From positions 7,029,818 to 7,068,575 of the forward strand of contig NC_069010.1 of the NCBI RefSeq assembly GCF_001194135.2: 38,758 bases of DNA. Direction: 5' to 3'. Under the pieces are notes generated by a model. The model was given only the letters and a program-made list of their open reading frames with translations. It did not search any database and was not told the DNA's origin. The position numbers and the translations under genes were made by a program. Shown one piece after another: positions 36,934 through 38,758 of this stretch (position 1 is its first letter; every line of letters begins with the position of its first letter). Source of the stretch: Octopus bimaculoides (Eukaryota).

Positions 36934-37103
36934 GGACTATGGATAACCAAGTTACAACAGGTATATAGTCCATTTTTTGTATTATAGTGCATTGTTGTAC
37001 CATTCTAAACTTTTTATTCTTTACAAACAATACACAATGCTTCAAGCGAACTACAATACTCTCCTAATAATAAAAATAATAATGGTAATAAGTCAATATG
37101 CTT

Positions 37104-37180
37104 ACCTGTCGCAATTTGGTTATCCATAGCCCGATGATATTTCAGAATACAATTCCTTCTTCACATCTTCTTAGATGGAA
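37104..37180 (-). repeat. Third, decayed copy of the hammerhead-bearing family
   Basis: Core reads GUGAAGA and helix II is damaged. Confidence 0.7.
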
Positions 37181-37454
37181 AACCGATTCTATAATCTGTT
37201 TTCCAACGGCTTCTCTTCTTTCGGAAGCGTACTTAAATTATTTATATGCAAGTTCTGTTCGTATGCTTTGAGATGTAAAATGTTCGATAATCTCATTTTT
37301 AAGAAAAATGTCTGAAGCAGATGACAAGAAAATCACGAAAGTCACTGAACGAAGTATCAACGCACAAACTTGTAGTGATGGTGTTAGCCTACTTAAGCTT
37401 TGTTTGTGACTTCTAAAAGTGTATTAATTAGTTTTCAATGAAATTAATTAAGAT

Positions 37455-37812
37455 CAAAGTTAACTTTGGTAGGTTTCGGCCAGTTTAGGCTCAGGCCATG
37501 TCTAACTTAATAACACCACCTATGGAGAACCATGGCCCGCTCTAGCAAAGAGTTGTTATTATTGGAGAGATATCCGGATGTAGGAGGTTAAGCCGGGATT
37601 TTCTGAAGAAATTTGTCCAGTGATCATTTGAATTTTATAGGATCCGTTTCTGTTTTGACGTATTTTGATATGGTATTAAAGAGAGCTGGGCCGGTTGAGG
37701 TGAAGTAATGGTGACGTAATGTTGCTATGTGTACGGGGTTCGATTTTTGTAGCGGGCGGATAGCACGGGGCGCCAAATCTTGGATGGATTTTAAAATTGA
37801 TGCCAACAAATA
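37455..37812 (-). pseudogene. CR1/L2-like LINE ORF2 C-terminus and 3'UTR
   Basis: VGINFKIHPRFG, frameshift, then PRAIRPLQKSNPVHIATLRHHYFTSTGPALFNTISKYVKTETDPIKFK*SLDKFLQKIPA*PPTSGYLSNNNNSLLERAM. GP.LFN...FK..LDKFL..IP...GY...NSL is a CR1-group C-terminal pattern (from memory). Confidence 0.75.
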
Positions 37813-38493
37813 TTGTAAGAAAAAAAAAATTATTGAAAGAAAAGTTTCAGTTTAGGAATTTTAAATGAATTTAAACGTACGACTTCTCGCCACAAAAACG
37901 AGCAGACGACCGATCTGTTCAAGATGTCGCACACGCGACGTTAATTTTTTTTTTTTTTTGCCTTTTCCCCATTATCCTACGATAAACCCGGTTCCATATT
38001 ATAATACAATGCGCTGTGAGATGTGCAGTGTTATTTCAGGAACCCGCCACTAAATTTCAAGCAAGGGTATAACAAACGTTTTCCATTAAGAATTGGGATT
38101 AAATTAATGAGTAAGGTTTAATATTTATAATGAATTTGCCATTTTCGATGCGTGTGCAGCGCGCAGCTAGCACACCCGGAATACACGCTCCAGAATTTCA
38201 TATAAAGAAAATAAAAATTGTGAACACGAATCGGAATTTCTAAGTTTCATTTTGGAGATACATAAATGCCGTGTGTCAGTTTGTATGTATGTATGTTCAC
38301 CCACCATTTTGTTTTTGTTTATTTGTTTTTTTTTTCACATTAAATTCCGATATAATCGTAAATTAAGCATTCTGAAAGTTATCAAGAAGCGAAGCTGGCT
38401 CGTGTGAATTTTCCGAAACTTCTCTTCACACCCTCGGAAAAATATTTTCACAACAAATTCCGAAATAATTGGAAGATACACCATCTGAAGTGT

Positions 38494-38700
38494 TTTTACT
38501 CTTTTACTTGTTTCAGTCATTTGACTGCGGCCATGCTGTGGCACGGCCTTTAGTCGAGCAAATCGACCCCAGGAATTATTCTTTGTAAGCCTAGTACTTA
38601 TTCTATCAGTCTCTTATTGCCGAACCGCTAAATTACGGGGACATAAACACACCAGCATCGATTGTCAAGCGATGGTGGGGGGACAAACACAGACACACAA

Positions 38701-38733
<33 letters not shown>

Positions 38734-38758
38734 CAGATATACGACGGGCTTTTTTCAG
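38494..38758 (-). mobile_element. SINE family A tail half, cut by the window end
   Basis: Homology to the other copies. Confidence 0.9.

Larger units (their letters stand above)
36778..37063. mobile_element. Penelope-like inverted duplication (91-bp arms at 36778-36868 and 36896-36986)
   Basis: Arms differ at two positions. The plus-strand copy continues to ...CTACAATACTCTC (37063). Same family as 4655-4940. Confidence 0.7.

Noticed and set aside
37470-37500. GGCCUGAGCCUAAACUGGCCGAAACC resembling a hammerhead
   Set aside because: It lacks CUGANGA and is better explained as the 3'UTR stem-loop of the CR1-like LINE

Overview
Eukaryotic, repeat-saturated, gap-rich DNA. There are 21 N-runs totalling about 9.6 kb, roughly 25% of the window. 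The SINE families, TTAGGG telomere-type repeats and dense microsatellites point to an Octopus short-read assembly (inference). I recognise no host protein-coding gene; nearly all listed ORFs are artefacts of microsatellites or N-runs. The window holds three tRNA-derived SINE families and decayed RTE, Dong/R4-like, CR1-like and hAT coding remnants. It also holds piggyBac-like MITEs and TIR elements. Two signals stand out. (1) Type-I hammerhead ribozyme motifs occur in at least three unrelated short Penelope-like repeat families (4110-4210, 4823-4858, 33573-33609, 36821-36878, 36898-36933). One family forms inverted duplications with a hammerhead on each strand. (2) Three different TIR/MITE families carry inverted telomeric hexamer arrays; two have GG-type ends and 8-bp TSDs (Merlin-like). 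All RNA folds were done by eye and no database search was run.
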